This document shows positions 1 to 12,600 of a DNA stretch of 64,000 bases, one piece after another (the stretch's first letter is position 1; every line of letters starts with the position of its first letter). This DNA is from Ramazzottius varieornatus (Eukaryota; Animalia; Tardigrada). The translations under genes and the position numbers were made by a program. The stretch covers positions 9,269,085 through 9,333,084 of the forward strand of contig BDGG01000001.1 in assembly GCA_001949185.1 (NCBI GenBank), in the 5' to 3' direction. The notes under the pieces were generated by a model. It worked only from the letters and a program-made list of their open reading frames with translations, was not told the origin of the DNA and made no database searches.

Positions 1-2343
1 ATGGCGTCACGGTGAGCATATGCTGTATGCGTCATCATACCCGTAAACTTCACACTCACTGTCACGTCAGCTCGCCAAGTTCATGAAGCATTACAGTACC
101 GTATATTATAGTACCTACGCTTGATTTGACTGTCTTTTGCACATGTTATAATATGGCTTTTGTTGCTGTTATTGGATAGCCGGAACTTGTACGGCACTTT
201 GTCAACGGCCATCCTTTGATTGCTGGAGGCAGCGAACGAGAGGCCGTGGATGAAAGTGCGGAAGGTGTGGGGCAAGTGATACCGGCAGTATTAGGCCAAA
301 AGACGCTGGCGTCCCTGCTGACGTCCTGTCCCCTGCTGGCTACACAGTGCAGCGTCGTCTGTGCCCGATGGAGGTTCCTGCAGCAAGCCCGCCTCTTCCT
401 CCGCAGAAGCTTGACCTACAATATGGCCCATCGACGGTTGAAGCCGCCGCAAAACTACCTGCAGCGCTCGCCGGAAACCAAACGACGCAACATCTTCTGC
501 CTACTGCAACAACTGTGCCAGAGACAGAGGGAAACGGAAGAAGAAAGACTGGCTCTGGACAAGGGCACATATAGCTATCCTGTCGACATTAGCTTGAGCA
601 GCTTCACGCTGTTGCGCTGTAACGCCCCCGACTCCAAATTCAATAATCATACGGTGAGGCTATGCAGTATATTATATCATTTAGCGGAATACTTGGCCAT
701 GCTGTGGCGACATGTCCATCTTTGTACAGAATATGCGGCACGAGTATGTGGAACTGCAGCTGGCTGTCATGAGGAAGGCGCCGGAGGAGCTGTTACAGCG
801 TAAAGTACTGGAGCCGGCACTGAAGGATGCGAAGAAGGTGATGGGGACGGTCGGTGCGCAGCTGCCGGCAGCGGTGGCACCCATTGGCGACGGCTGCCAG
901 GGCCCCAGCCAGCACTCGGTCTGCTTCGCCGTCGACTTCCCGCCCAGCGTCAAGCTACGGATGGAACACTGGAATTTGCGCAACTACCTGGTGGTGGGCA
1001 GCAGTGTCCATAGCATTGACCTGCTGACCGGCCAGAAGAAGGTCTTTAACAAGATGGTGGCCTACAACCTCTGCCAGCTGAGGGAGCCCAATGGCAACCT
1101 GCCCCTAGAGTCGGCTGGCGTCTTTGAAAACTTCAAGTTTCAACTGACACGGGGCCCGTGTCACACATTCAAGGTAGTGCTTATCTTCATCACCTCAAGC
1201 AGGGCTAATATGGCATGTGCCGACATTTGGTCTTGACAGATGCCATACCGCTTTGTGCTGATCTACAACGCGGGCCAGCACTACCAAGTACGCGACATGA
1301 TCAACCTGAAGAGTACCTTCCGGCCTCATGGCCATGTCTGCGTCTTGTGCGGCATGCGCTGCGACAGCCTGGTCAACGTCTTGCGCCACTTGGAAGGCTA
1401 TCATCCTTCCCTGGGTTACGAGTATGACCAGCAAGGGCAGCGCATCTACCTCTGGTTCTCGCCCGAGCATGACTTCGAGCGCAGCACTGTAGCCGGCCTG
1501 CTCGACCATTGGCAGCTACTACAGTTTCGGCGAAAAGGCGACGGTAGCGCTTTCACCGTCCCCGACGATGTCACCAATCCCGATGGTCGGCCAGTCTTCC
1601 AGTGGATGTCCCAACGATACTGGCCTGATAAACCAAAAGGTAAGGTCGGTCCTGCCTACGGGGCAATAGTACAGCTAGTACAGCCTTGGGTCTTGCAGAT
1701 TGCTTGCCAAAGTTTAGTCTGGAGCGAGTGTTGGGCGTCTACGGGGTGCCCATCAACCCCTTGCGCCACTACTTGCACACCAGCACCGTCCGCTCCATCC
1801 GCCCAGAACAGCGCTGGCTGCAGGCCTACGATAGTGACGAGGAGACAGAGTGGCAGGATGAGTATGAACGGGAAAAGTTGCACGACTTTATCGACTGTAA
1901 CCCCCAAGAAAAGTACTTCATGTCCCTGTGGAACGCCTTCACCCGCCGCCTGGCGCCCCTCATGTCCTTCAAGATGCAAGATGTCCTCTGTAGGTTTGTC
2001 CTACAGCATGCCGTCGAGATTGAGCTCCACGAAGCCTATCCTGCTCTGGTTGCTCAACTGGCCATCCTGCGACGCGACACTGTCATCACTGCCCCACAAA
2101 GCATCCAGGTAATACCTCCTTCCCATCGTTGCTTTTGACACCTTCACCGCAAAGATTCCTTTCCTTTTGTAGGTCATCCAAGCCTACAGAAACACCCTGG
2201 CTTGTCACGTCACCGTGGATCGGCTTCCCCGCATATCCAACGGGACAAGCAGTGGCGCAAACTCCAAGGTTCCGCCCACTTCTCCTTCCCTTCCTTCCTC
2301 CTTATCCTCCCAGGCTCCTTCATCCATACCAAAGATTGCTTGA
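1..2343 (+). CDS. SUZ12: Polycomb PRC2 subunit SUZ12-like (VEFS-box), multi-exon, 5' end lies upstream of the window
   Basis: N-terminal RLFLRRSLTYNM resembles SUZ12 PIFLHRTLTYM. C2H2 finger CVLCGMRCDSLVNVLRHLEGYH. VEFS box YDSDEETEWQDEYEREKLHDFIDCNPQEKYFMSLWN. Last exon from 2173 ends at TGA 2341-2343. Confidence 0.88.
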
Positions 2344-2862
2344 CACTGCATTTATTTTGTTTCGTTCTCATCGTTTTGTTTTCTGGCCTTCAACGTTGTG
2401 AGGACTTGGGTAAACTGTCGTTGAGTTCCCGTGCGTTCAAGCAGGCTAACTGATGGGCGTATTCCAATGTGATTTCTCCTTGTAATTATTATTATGACTT
2501 TATTGTTGACATTTTGTGTTTACCACACTTTCTTGCTCACGTCGTTTCTGCATTTTGACTTTTACCTCTTTAGTCTCTCTGCACTCCCTAGTGCTGGTGC
2601 TTGTTAATCTTTTTTACGTGAATATCTCATGTGCAGTGGCAAATAAACGTTGGAATGTCTTCTCGTCAGACAAGACAGCTCTTGCCCATACAAAAGGATA
2701 AATTACCCGTCGTCTATGGTAAGCTAGGGGTTTGCAAATATAAAAGATAAAAATAATGGTCATAGGGATTGCATAGGACAGATCATATCAGGAAAAGTTT
2801 ACTCGGTGCAAGTTTAAATAATCAGAGTTTAAGGAGAGGCCTGGGGAATGCTTGGGCCATGT

Positions 2863-5046
2863 TTAGAAAGCCGAGCAGGAGCCGTCCTTTTGACAAGTGC
2901 CCTCTAGCCGCGAGCCACATGGCCAATCAACCAGCTTGAAGATGTGTGAGAAGTTCCGCGGTCCCTCACGCCGTTCGCAGGTAACGAGGCATTCGTCCAC
3001 CTCTAACGTCTTGCCGGTAAATGACAAGGCCTTGTGAAACTTCTCTTTGACCAATTTGCAAACCCGAAAGCGTCCGGATATGGATGAATCCACTGGCTCG
3101 TCTCTACCAGGTCGTTCAATTCCAGTCAGAAGGTCTTCGTCGCCGGCTGCTCCATCAAAATCCCACAGTCCGCCCTGAACAACAAAAGTAAGAACAATGT
3201 TATCTTGAAGTCAGACTTGTCCGAATTACGAAGGGGATTCTTTCTTGCATATTAACCTGGTGTTGGCGTTGGAGCTGTCCGTCATCGAATTCATCAGCAG
3301 CTTCATTTGCCATATCACTGTCGTAACCACCGTCATCGCGGTCTTGCTCATCTACGACTCGTCTTTTTCTGCGCATGACCTTTATGGGAAGATAGGACCG
3401 TCGATCGCCATCGAGATCCAAGTATCTATCCGCTGCTTGAAAGACCAAGTCTGTCGGTTCTTCCATGTCGGCGGAAGTGACGAACACAGCTGGATAGCTC
3501 GGACTTGGTGTCTCCTCTTCATTAAGATATACTTGTCGCTTTGTGCGAGAAGGCTTCTTGGTAGCCACCTCAGTACTGAGGCCTCTGCAAGCATCGGCCA
3601 GCGATACAGTCCGTAGTTTCTGAACGGCTTCTCGTTTCGACCGGCTGTTTGTCTTCTGCTCCTCCGTTACTTTCACCTTCTTTTTCTGCTTTTTGACGCT
3701 ATTTGTTTTCCCGGGCAAAGACCTTCCTTTGGTGGTCTTGACTCTCGGATTTTGACGATCTATTTGGCGCTTCAGAGGATGTAAGGCGCTTTGCACTCTT
3801 CGTTCAACGTCTTCTCCTGCCGACGATCCACCTCTTGCTCTCTGCATTAATGGAAATGTGCTAAGTATTAATACAACAGCGTCCCTTTCCTTTGGAAAGT
3901 GAAACACGTCGTATCTCGAAAGGAGCGCCCATTTTGATCGTGGCTTACCTTTGGTGGAGAAGACTCTTCCTCCGCATTATCCAAGAACTGATCTAATAGC
4001 AAGCGTTGGGCTTTTCGATGGTTCAACACCTGCTGGCGGATTTTTTTGACCTGCTGTCGGCGATTTCGTTGACGACGTAACTGGGCAATCTCCGCAGCAA
4101 TTTGTTCGAGCTCAGCATCTTCTTCTTCTTCCTCTTCATCCGGAACATCGTCTGTGACCACTCGAGCGTCAACGTCAACGTCCTCGTCATCGTCAGAACC
4201 GTCCTCATAAATCTCTTGGTCGGCATCGGCTGCATCACTCCCTTGGAAATTCTGTGAGAAAAGTATATTCAATAAATTAACAGCATTCAAGCCTGTCGCT
4301 GGCGTACCTCATCAGGTATATCGAGGGCATCCTGGCGTGTTAACGGTGGCCTCATTTGTCTGTTTGCTGGTGGACCCGCTATTCTCCACTGCTGCTGTTC
4401 ATCAACGTCATCGGCATCAGCCAATTGCACCTCACCTTGAGGTAGTACTTGAGAGTCCTGGATAGTGTAATCAGCGCTTTGCCGTTTATCAAACGAGGGT
4501 CGCTGCAGCAAACGGCCATCCATCTGGTTACTTTCTACCATAATGGGAGCCAGCTGTCGACCACTTCTTTGACCATTAAATTCTTCCTCAACTTCATCAG
4601 AGGGTTCCTCGACGTCGAATTCGACGAGAGCACTGTCAAGGAGATCCTGGACTTTTGCTATCTCTTCCACTTTTGCCAGAAGCTTTTCACTGCTATCTTG
4701 GTCCGTCAGTTCAGCTGCCGGCTCTCCTCCACCATTCTGGCAACGTTTTTGAGATCAACTATTTTTTAGCTGTTATCATTGCAGTACGATAGCCTGCCGT
4801 CAGTCTGATAAAAGTCCATGTAGTAATTACCTTGTCGTAGTCGATGAGGAACTCTACGCCGCTATCTTCGATGGTGGCAGTGGGTTGTGTTAACGGGCTT
4901 GAAGGGTCCAGGTCTCCGTCAAGCGTTACCACTTGGACTGCCGGCAGGATGACAGGCCCGCCTTGCACGATTTCTACCACGTGGAGTAGTCCCAAAGCAA
5001 ATACTAGCCGTGATACCGGTTTCAGCAAATCTTGCCAACTTGTCAT
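2863..5046 (-). CDS. Unknown secreted acidic proprotein of about 600 aa, 5 exons, with multiple basic cleavage sites
   Basis: Exons at about 5046-4831, 4736-4308, 4251-3949, 3841-3257 and 3174-2863 join in frame through phase-0 GT-AG introns. Signal-like N-terminus RLVFALGLLHVVEIVQG, D/E-rich body, RSKR, RTKR and RRKRR sites. 3' end less certain. Confidence 0.7.
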
Positions 5047-6758
5047 CGTGCAAATCATAACTAAAACCCCCATATGAATGTAATTCACGGCTTGAACACG
5101 TCAGCCAGCAGGAACCGATCACAGTCAGAGGCTACGATTTTTACTCACTGTTAAATATCCAACGCTAGGTTGCGCATCACGCTTCATCGGCAAAGGTACT
5201 TTTCTCCGTAGGATATCTCGAGTATCAGCACACTGTTTCACCTCATGCCGCGCGCACGAAAACGTAACACAATATGGTACGCAAAAAGCTTCACTGGATA
5301 AGTCAACGAAGGATTCAAAGTCGCGAAGGCCAGATGGACGTGACACAACGGTAATAGGAGCTACGTTGAGCAGCTGTGCTAGCAACCTTTCAAGGCCGTG
5401 AACGCATCCTTTCCCTTCTGTGTACTCTCATCCCACGTACCCAACCAGCTTCTCGTACTTCAAACAAATGAGCTGCATTTATGCTCCGATAACAGTGCTG
5501 AACTTGATGAGGTGAAAGCGATGCAGCCCGGAGAATGTATTGAATGATCGACAACTCTTCGGATGCGTGGTACACGGAGACTGAGAGTATAATCGACCAC
5601 CTCCCCCGGCTTTTCCTCACTTAGCTCCCCTTCCGAACGTTAACGCAACTACAAGCAGATGCGATCACTTTGCTGGCTCCGCTCAAGTGTTGCTTCAACG
5701 TGCTGCCAGTACGAGCGTACCACGTCTGTCCAGGCTCTTCAGGTCGCAGGCTAACTGAAATGGAGAGCCAAATGGGCGCTGACAGGAAGTCAATTTTCCC
5801 CGCTTGTTCGATCGATCGATAAAAAACAATTTGGCTGACGAGCTCTTGTGTCTGCGCACTCAATATTCCAACAGCTTTTCGAAAGGCAACACAAGGTCCA
5901 CACCAACACGGATAAGGTTGTCGTATCAAGCAAAGCTGCAGCCGTTCAGTAGGACCTTTGTTTCCAGTTGGTTACCGCGTAGTCTATCCCAGTGCAATAA
6001 CAGAATCACTAGCTGGACTTCTGAGGGCTGCACGGTGAAGTACTAGTTTCGTCCTTCTGCTGATCAAAGCTGATGACACGCAAACTGAAGACCCAGGCTG
6101 ACGACCTAAATAGCGCCTTGGTCTAATTGAACGAGTGACTCGGGAGGTGCGCTGGCAACAGATAGTACTGTCTGGTACTGTACTCCTTGAAGCTGTCGGA
6201 AGGATGGCTCTGCTGTCAGTTATCGGATAAGTAACCGGATCTGAGCTCCTGTGTAATTCCCAATTACCGGGATGATATCAACGGAAGCCTAGTTGATCCT
6301 TGTCTACGTTTGAAGTTCCCCTTTGATAATAGGTCACGGGCCATACCAAGCAAAACTCGACTCGGCGACACTCAGGCTCAGGCATTGGGAAACCTACTGC
6401 ATTATGCAAGCTTTCGTGCCAAGCGGTTGTAATCCTTTGTAACTAAGTCAACGTCGAGGAAAGGAATTCATCTACATTGATGACTTGGGTGATGACTTGG
6501 GCAAGCATGGTTAATTTGACAGGTGCCTGCCACCATCCAGACCGTAAGTATGGATGACCAGCAGTGTGAATGCCGTTGCTAGAACACGGGATTTCTACAC
6601 ACTGATATAGTGATGCTGTTCAACGGGTTTCGTCTTTCCCGAGGATCCCGTCTGGGATAACAGAGAGCTTGACGGGAATAAAAGCGAACAGACAGCTTCA
6701 TCGTCGCGGCATACTCAGGTTGTGCTTGCAAGAAAATGACCAAAACCAGGGTACACCA

Positions 6759-8735
6759 TTATGTGCTGCTAAGCGGAAAGAGAAGGTAGACTTGATCGGT
6801 CATCAGGACAACCGTATCGGCAGGCGGATTACACGCCACGAAGCGTAGCCTTGACGGACCAGCGGAAGTCGCAAAGTCGTCTTGTACGGAGGTGGCGCCA
6901 TCTGTCTGGGCCTCGGCAAACAGCCGGTACAAACCCAGAGCCAAGATACCGTATTCTTGCAACAAGGTTAGAAACATCTGACCATAGCTTGAACTCTGCA
7001 AAAAGATAGAAAAAATACAAGTTTACATCTCTAGAATAGCCTAGCTCTCGTGCGGTGTATAGCATAGTACTGTATGTCGTACCGCAAAATGCCGTAAAGA
7101 TCTTTTGGAAATGTCTATCAGGCGGAGAGCTTGCGTATAAAGGAGGTTCTTGGGTTGTACAGCGGAAGTGGTGGCAGAAGGCAGGACAAGGCCGGGGCCT
7201 TCAGCCATCACCTCTCGACGTCTTCTTGAGACGCTTCAGCAGAGGCTAAGCCGGACAAGAGTCGAGCCAACGATGGACCAAAACATGCCTGCAATATCAA
7301 AAGAGCCAGCTTGAACGTTTCGCGTGGGAAAACCAGATCGCTCAGTAAAGGCGCTGCTTGCAGCTGAGGCCAGCTTACCGGGATAAGCATGCTGGAACGG
7401 AGGTGATCGGAGCTAAGAACTCGACCAGACATAAATGGTGGCGAGGAACCATATTCGTTCTTCTGGCCGGCTCCTGGCGAGATGACGCGCAAGCTCTCCT
7501 TATTGTCTGCCATGCGATTAGAACTTTTAAAAGCAGTTAATGTCATACCAAGCAGGCAAACATGTACAAGCAGCAGAATATGTTACCCAGGATAGTCTTG
7601 GTGCTCATATCGCCATAGCCTGTCAGGAAAAGTAGATGGTGAGGCGGGTCGTCGACCCAAAAGTAATACGTAAAAGACGACAGGAAAAGGTTTGGTTACC
7701 AACGGTGGAGATGGTGATGACAGAGAAGTAGGCAAAGTTCCAGAAGGTGGTCTTCTGCTGTAGAGTGTTGTCATGCAGTGTCCCCGGGGTCGCCGAGCAC
7801 TCCAGCAACAGAAAGGTCCCGGTCATAATGTAGAGAAAGAGGCGGGCAAACTTGATGGCCAGCAAGTTGGCCAACAATCCCGTGGCGCGCGCCAGGTCCA
7901 CCAACCACAACAAGTTGAGGACTCGCAGGTAACGCAGCCCGAACCAATTACGGTCCAGGCCGATAGCCACGAAGGTTGGCGGGACCGTGAAGTAGTCCAC
8001 AAGCGACATGACACTCCAGGAGAAGGCCAGCTTCTTGTCGTGTGCTGCAAACTATTAGAGAAGGCATATTCAATGGCTTATCGATTATTTAATCCAATCC
8101 TCGGCATATTCCACTAATATTCTTAAATCTGGCTCCACGGTTGTTGCAAAGCGATACCCGGCCTTACCCTCAGAAAAAAGTAGAGGAGGAAGTAGCAGTA
8201 AAGGCTAGATCCACTTGCCACCATACGTCCCTCGTCCATTGGTGGCACAGCTCCACTTCCAAACATGACCTACCGAGTAAAGAACTTACTTCCATTACAG
8301 TGCCTTCAGGGAAGGCAGGGGCATTGGTAGGCGCTACTCACGGAGCAGTTTCCCGCCAGTAAACAATCAGCGACCCCACAGCGCAAAGTACTCCCAGACC
8401 TTTCTGTAAGGCGTTCAAAGTGGCATCAACCTCATACTCGACGGGAAAAGAGAAAAGCAAGAGCTTACGAGAAGGGTGCCGGTCACGCTTTGGTCCGAGA
8501 GGCAGGTGGCCGCCGCATAAGTGGCTCGCTGTGACCATGGTCTGCTGCTGGTCGATACAATGCCTGTCGAAGGCTGGGCTCCACGGAGAAGAAGTCGGCC
8601 AAGCACGACGAGGACGGTCAGGGCAAAGGGAACAGCTACACTGCTGATCAAGAAGGCATCCCAACGCCGTGCGCCCATCCATCCTTCGTCCCCCACTTGA
8701 CATGGTACTGCACCATACCATGCATCAGCTCCCAA
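6759..8735 (-). pseudogene. Decayed divergent BK/Slo1-like K+ channel paralog with two frameshifts and a large internal deletion
   Basis: S0 RRWDAFLISSVAVPF; S3-S4 DYFTVPPTFVAIGLDRNWFGLRYLRV; pore FWNFAYFSVITISTVG|YGD; C-terminal YGQMFLTLLQEYGILALGLYRL...RFVACNPP. One-base losses near 8200 (S2) and 7213. The S6 exon is followed directly by the post-RCK2 exon with an intron phase mismatch. Confidence 0.8.
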
Positions 8736-9605
8736 CAGCCACTAGGAACAATTTAACGGAACTGGCCACTTGTTGCTAGCTTAACATCTCCAAAGTTGAG
8801 CAAGAATTTGTCAAGCAACGTACCTCATCCTAGGCTAGCATCGTACATGCAGTAATCGAGACAGGAGGAGCCTTCCGTTTCGAATGAGCTCGCTAAAAAT
8901 TGATGTGCGTATCGTAGTTCCTGCAACAGAACGCGAAGAGATTCAGCAAAACAAAACAAGCAGCAAACAATGCATGCATTCCACAGCCAGCGGATAAGCC
9001 GACAACGAACATACCAGGCCTCGAGGCTTAGTTGCAAGCAGCAGAATGACTGACGGCCCAATATCTCGACAAACCAGCATGGAAAGTGTTCAGAGGTGAC
9101 TGCGCTTCAGGCAAGCCTATTCAGTGGACTAAGACATTGGCAACTTTGATGTTTTGCAGAAGCGTAATGAAAAAATACACTGAATGGACTGCTTTATTGG
9201 GGTTAAGTGTCACTATAGAAAGAAAGGAGAAGGAGTGGATTGCTACCTGCACAAAGTAACAAAACATCAAGATAAAATCTCAAATGAAACAGAAAAGCCA
9301 GTAAGGGAGGATGATGTGCACTTTTCAGCTGGAAGTGCGTTGAGTAACAAAGAAGTCAAGATTTCTCTGACCGATACTTTTCAACAATCCTCATATTTTC
9401 GAAACGTCCAGAGACAGTGCTTTCCCTCCCTGAACTGAACACTGAAGAGGCAGGCCAAACATGTTTCAATAAATACCAACTACCAAGGTCTGCTGGCTTC
9501 AGTTTAAAACCGACTCTATGACAAATACTGACTCCTACTTGTGTGACGCTGGTGTTCAGCAAAGGGCCAAAGACGATGAAGAAGAAGAAGGGGGAGGGAC
9601 GACGT

Positions 9606-12600
9606 CTAGTTGAGGGAGCCGCGACAGCCTTTGGAGCCGCAGAGGCAGGGGATCTTGCTCTCCTCGATGGGGAACTTGTAGTCGTAGGTGATCTCCTCGC
9701 CGGCGTTGATTTGCTGCTTGGAGAAGATGACAATCTTCTTCTGGCCGTCGACACTGATCACCTTGGCATAGGAGTTGGGCTGCAACAGAAGAATGAGCCC
9801 ATCGTAGGTGTCCACCAGGGATGGAAGAATGTTGCCAAGTGACGCACCTTGTCAGCCAGTCGAACCTAGCAAGATGCGCCACTTGAGCGAAGCAGCATGT
9901 CGAGTTTGTTGGGGCTGAGCTGCCACATACCCGACTTGTTACCTTGGACACATGTCACAGGACTAGAGAAAGAAAGGCATGGTGGCTTCTTACCGTGCAG
10001 CAGTGGTTCATGAAGCGGGCATAATTGCCACTCTTGGTGGCATCAATGACGCTAAAGTCGTCGACACGAAAGAGGTAGGAACTGCCGATGCCCACCTTCT
10101 CGTAGCGCTTCTCCCGCACGTCGGCGATATGGGCCCGAATCTTCTCACCGATATACTCAATGACCATCTCGTCTGGCGCGATGGGCTCTTGGGCAAAGAG
10201 ACCCCAGTTGTGGATCTTGGACCGGCCGAACCTGACCCTCTTGGCCTCGCTTTGCTACAACAGACAACATCCAGCATCACAACGCGGCCTACCCGAGACT
10301 GATCTGGCTGGTTTTTCCCTACGGTAAGCTTGTCGACAAGCGCACAAAGGCTGGTGCCCTGGCCGGCAGGGCCATATTGGTTGGCCATATGGGCCGAAAG
10401 AGGCACAGTGGCCAGCCCAACAAGTGGGACCGATGTGGCGCTGCTGCGTCTTACCTTGAGAGAGCAGAACTTGCCAATGTCGACGCCCAGCTCGCTAGCC
10501 GTGTAGTCCAGCTCGTTGATGAGGCGGCGCTTGTTCATGCGGGCTTCGCGGGCACTGAGGCCCTTGCCCCGCGTCACCCGCTCCTTCTCCTGAATCTCCT
10601 CCACGACCGCTCTCCTGGCCTGCTCGCTGGGCGACAAGTCGTTGAGGCGGATGGCGCTGCCGTATCGACCGGCCGGTGCAGACACCCGCTCAATCTTCTC
10701 GGCGTCAAAGGGGGCAGTGGCGTCGACGGTGGCGTTCTTGCGCAGATGGAGGACGCGGCGGGTGGTGCGCTTGTAGGGCGTGCAACGGGCACAGCCGCCC
10801 TCCGACGGCCTCTCCCTCTCCCACTTGTCCAAGGCCGCTTCACGGGCCGCTTGACTGACACCCGGCACCGACAGCAGCGTGGCCGGATGGTCGACCCAGT
10901 GGAAGACCCTCAGCCAGTCGGGGATCTGGTCGGCCACCAGCAGCTCATCCGTGGCCGCCTTCAAGTAGCCAATGTCCTCCCCATCTATGCCCTGCCTAAT
11001 GGCCTGCGCCAGCTTCTACAGAGAACACACAAGCCATATAGCTATAGTGACGCTATCCGCTGCGCCTCTCGCTACTTACGCTCTCCTTCTCCTGCGGCGA
11101 TCGCTCCTCGAAGAAGGGCCGCTTCCACGGGGCAATCTTGTCCTTGATGACCGTCGCCTCTATTGGCACCTTCTTCTTGATGAGCGGAAGAGTGCTGCTG
11201 GTGCGGGAAGGGATCAGGCCCTGTGCGCCATCCACTGCCTTGGATGGCAGGGCCGGCAGGACAAAGTCCTGCTGTAGCTTGGTCGTCGTCGTCGTCGTCG
11301 TCTTCTTCTTCTTCTTCTTGGCTGGCGGCTGCTGACTGTCCTCGGCCCACTTCTGGGCCTTGTCCTTCTCCTCCACAATCTCCGAGGCGGCAAGCAGCAG
11401 GTCCAAGGCCGAGAAGGGGTCCTCGGTGATGGGCGTCAGCACGCTGTCGTTGGCGGCCAACAAGATGGGCTTCCGGCTGACCGGCTCCTCATTCTCGCTC
11501 CTACAGAGCAACACCAGTCAACACCTTACTTTTCTTCTATAGACCAGGACACACGAGTAGGGCCTTACTTGGTGACAACGTCCGACCTGGACAGTTGCAA
11601 GAGGGCCTTCTCGGCTTCCCGTTCGGCCTTGCTGTGTTGCTCCGAGGAGCTCTTCCTCTTCTTGTCCTTGTGGGGCGACGACGATACCAGCGGCGTCGTT
11701 AGGAAGACACTGTTGGAACTGTCGGCCTTGAGGAGAGTGTCGGGCAAGAGACTGACCATCTGCACGTCGGCGGCCGCAGCATCCTCCTCCACACTGCGCC
11801 GCTTCGTATCGCCTTCGCGCTCCTTTTTCCTCTTCTTGGACTTGAGCGGTTCTTCCGGTACTTTCCATGTTTGGCCTTCCTCCTTGACGGCAGGCTTCTG
11901 GTCCGCCGACACACCAGCGCCGTTCTCTCCCTTCTGCTTGGCTACGGCGCTGCTGGCGGCCTCTTGTGGCTCATTCTCTTGTCCCTCAGTCGTGGCTGCC
12001 ACCGCCACAGCTTTCTATAGCCATAAAACGCAGTCTTAATCAACATAATCCATGCTATGCGAAGGACAGACTGTATTCTCACCGGCTTCCTGAAGGAGGG
12101 CATCTTGTGGATCTTCAAGGCATTCCTCAAACTAAGTGGCCCACCTCCGCTTATATCCCCACTGAGTATCTTGTCCACCGTGTTGGTAATGTCCATTACG
12201 TGCGGAGTTATGCTTGTCGTCGTTGAGACATTTCGGATGGACATCTGCAATTATACTGTAGTAATGGTCCAAACTTCAAATGAGGCTTAATAATTATCCT
12301 CCACTTCGAATAACAGCAAGAGACGACAGGGGCAAGTGACATACTCGTTGATTGTATTCGCGTTGATGCTTCTCGGTCCATGCATCGAAAGCCCTAAAGA
12401 GATGGGTGTGGATGATGCGGCGTTCCAGGTCGCGGGTGATGACCGTCTTCATGTCTTCCATTAGCTTGGCAAAGCAGTCGCCTTGCACCTGGTAGGGACT
12501 GAGCAGTGGCCGGAAGTAGCTTGGGTAGAAGGCCCTCAAATCGTGGGGGATGCTGGGCAGGTTGTACAGGCCGCTGTGCAGGAAGAGCTGTGACAGCAGG

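Noticed and set aside
1-17. ATG at position 1 as the SUZ12 start
   Set aside because: That frame spliced to the next exon hits a stop; the frame that works enters from outside the window.
5100-6700. Short ORFs with faint resemblance to retrotransposon pol or RCK-like segments
   Set aside because: Many stops, no diagnostic motif and no consistent exon chain; cannot be called without a profile search.
10377-11147. 256-aa plus-strand ORF
   Set aside because: Antisense shadow of GC-rich SETD1 exons, with no motif of its own.
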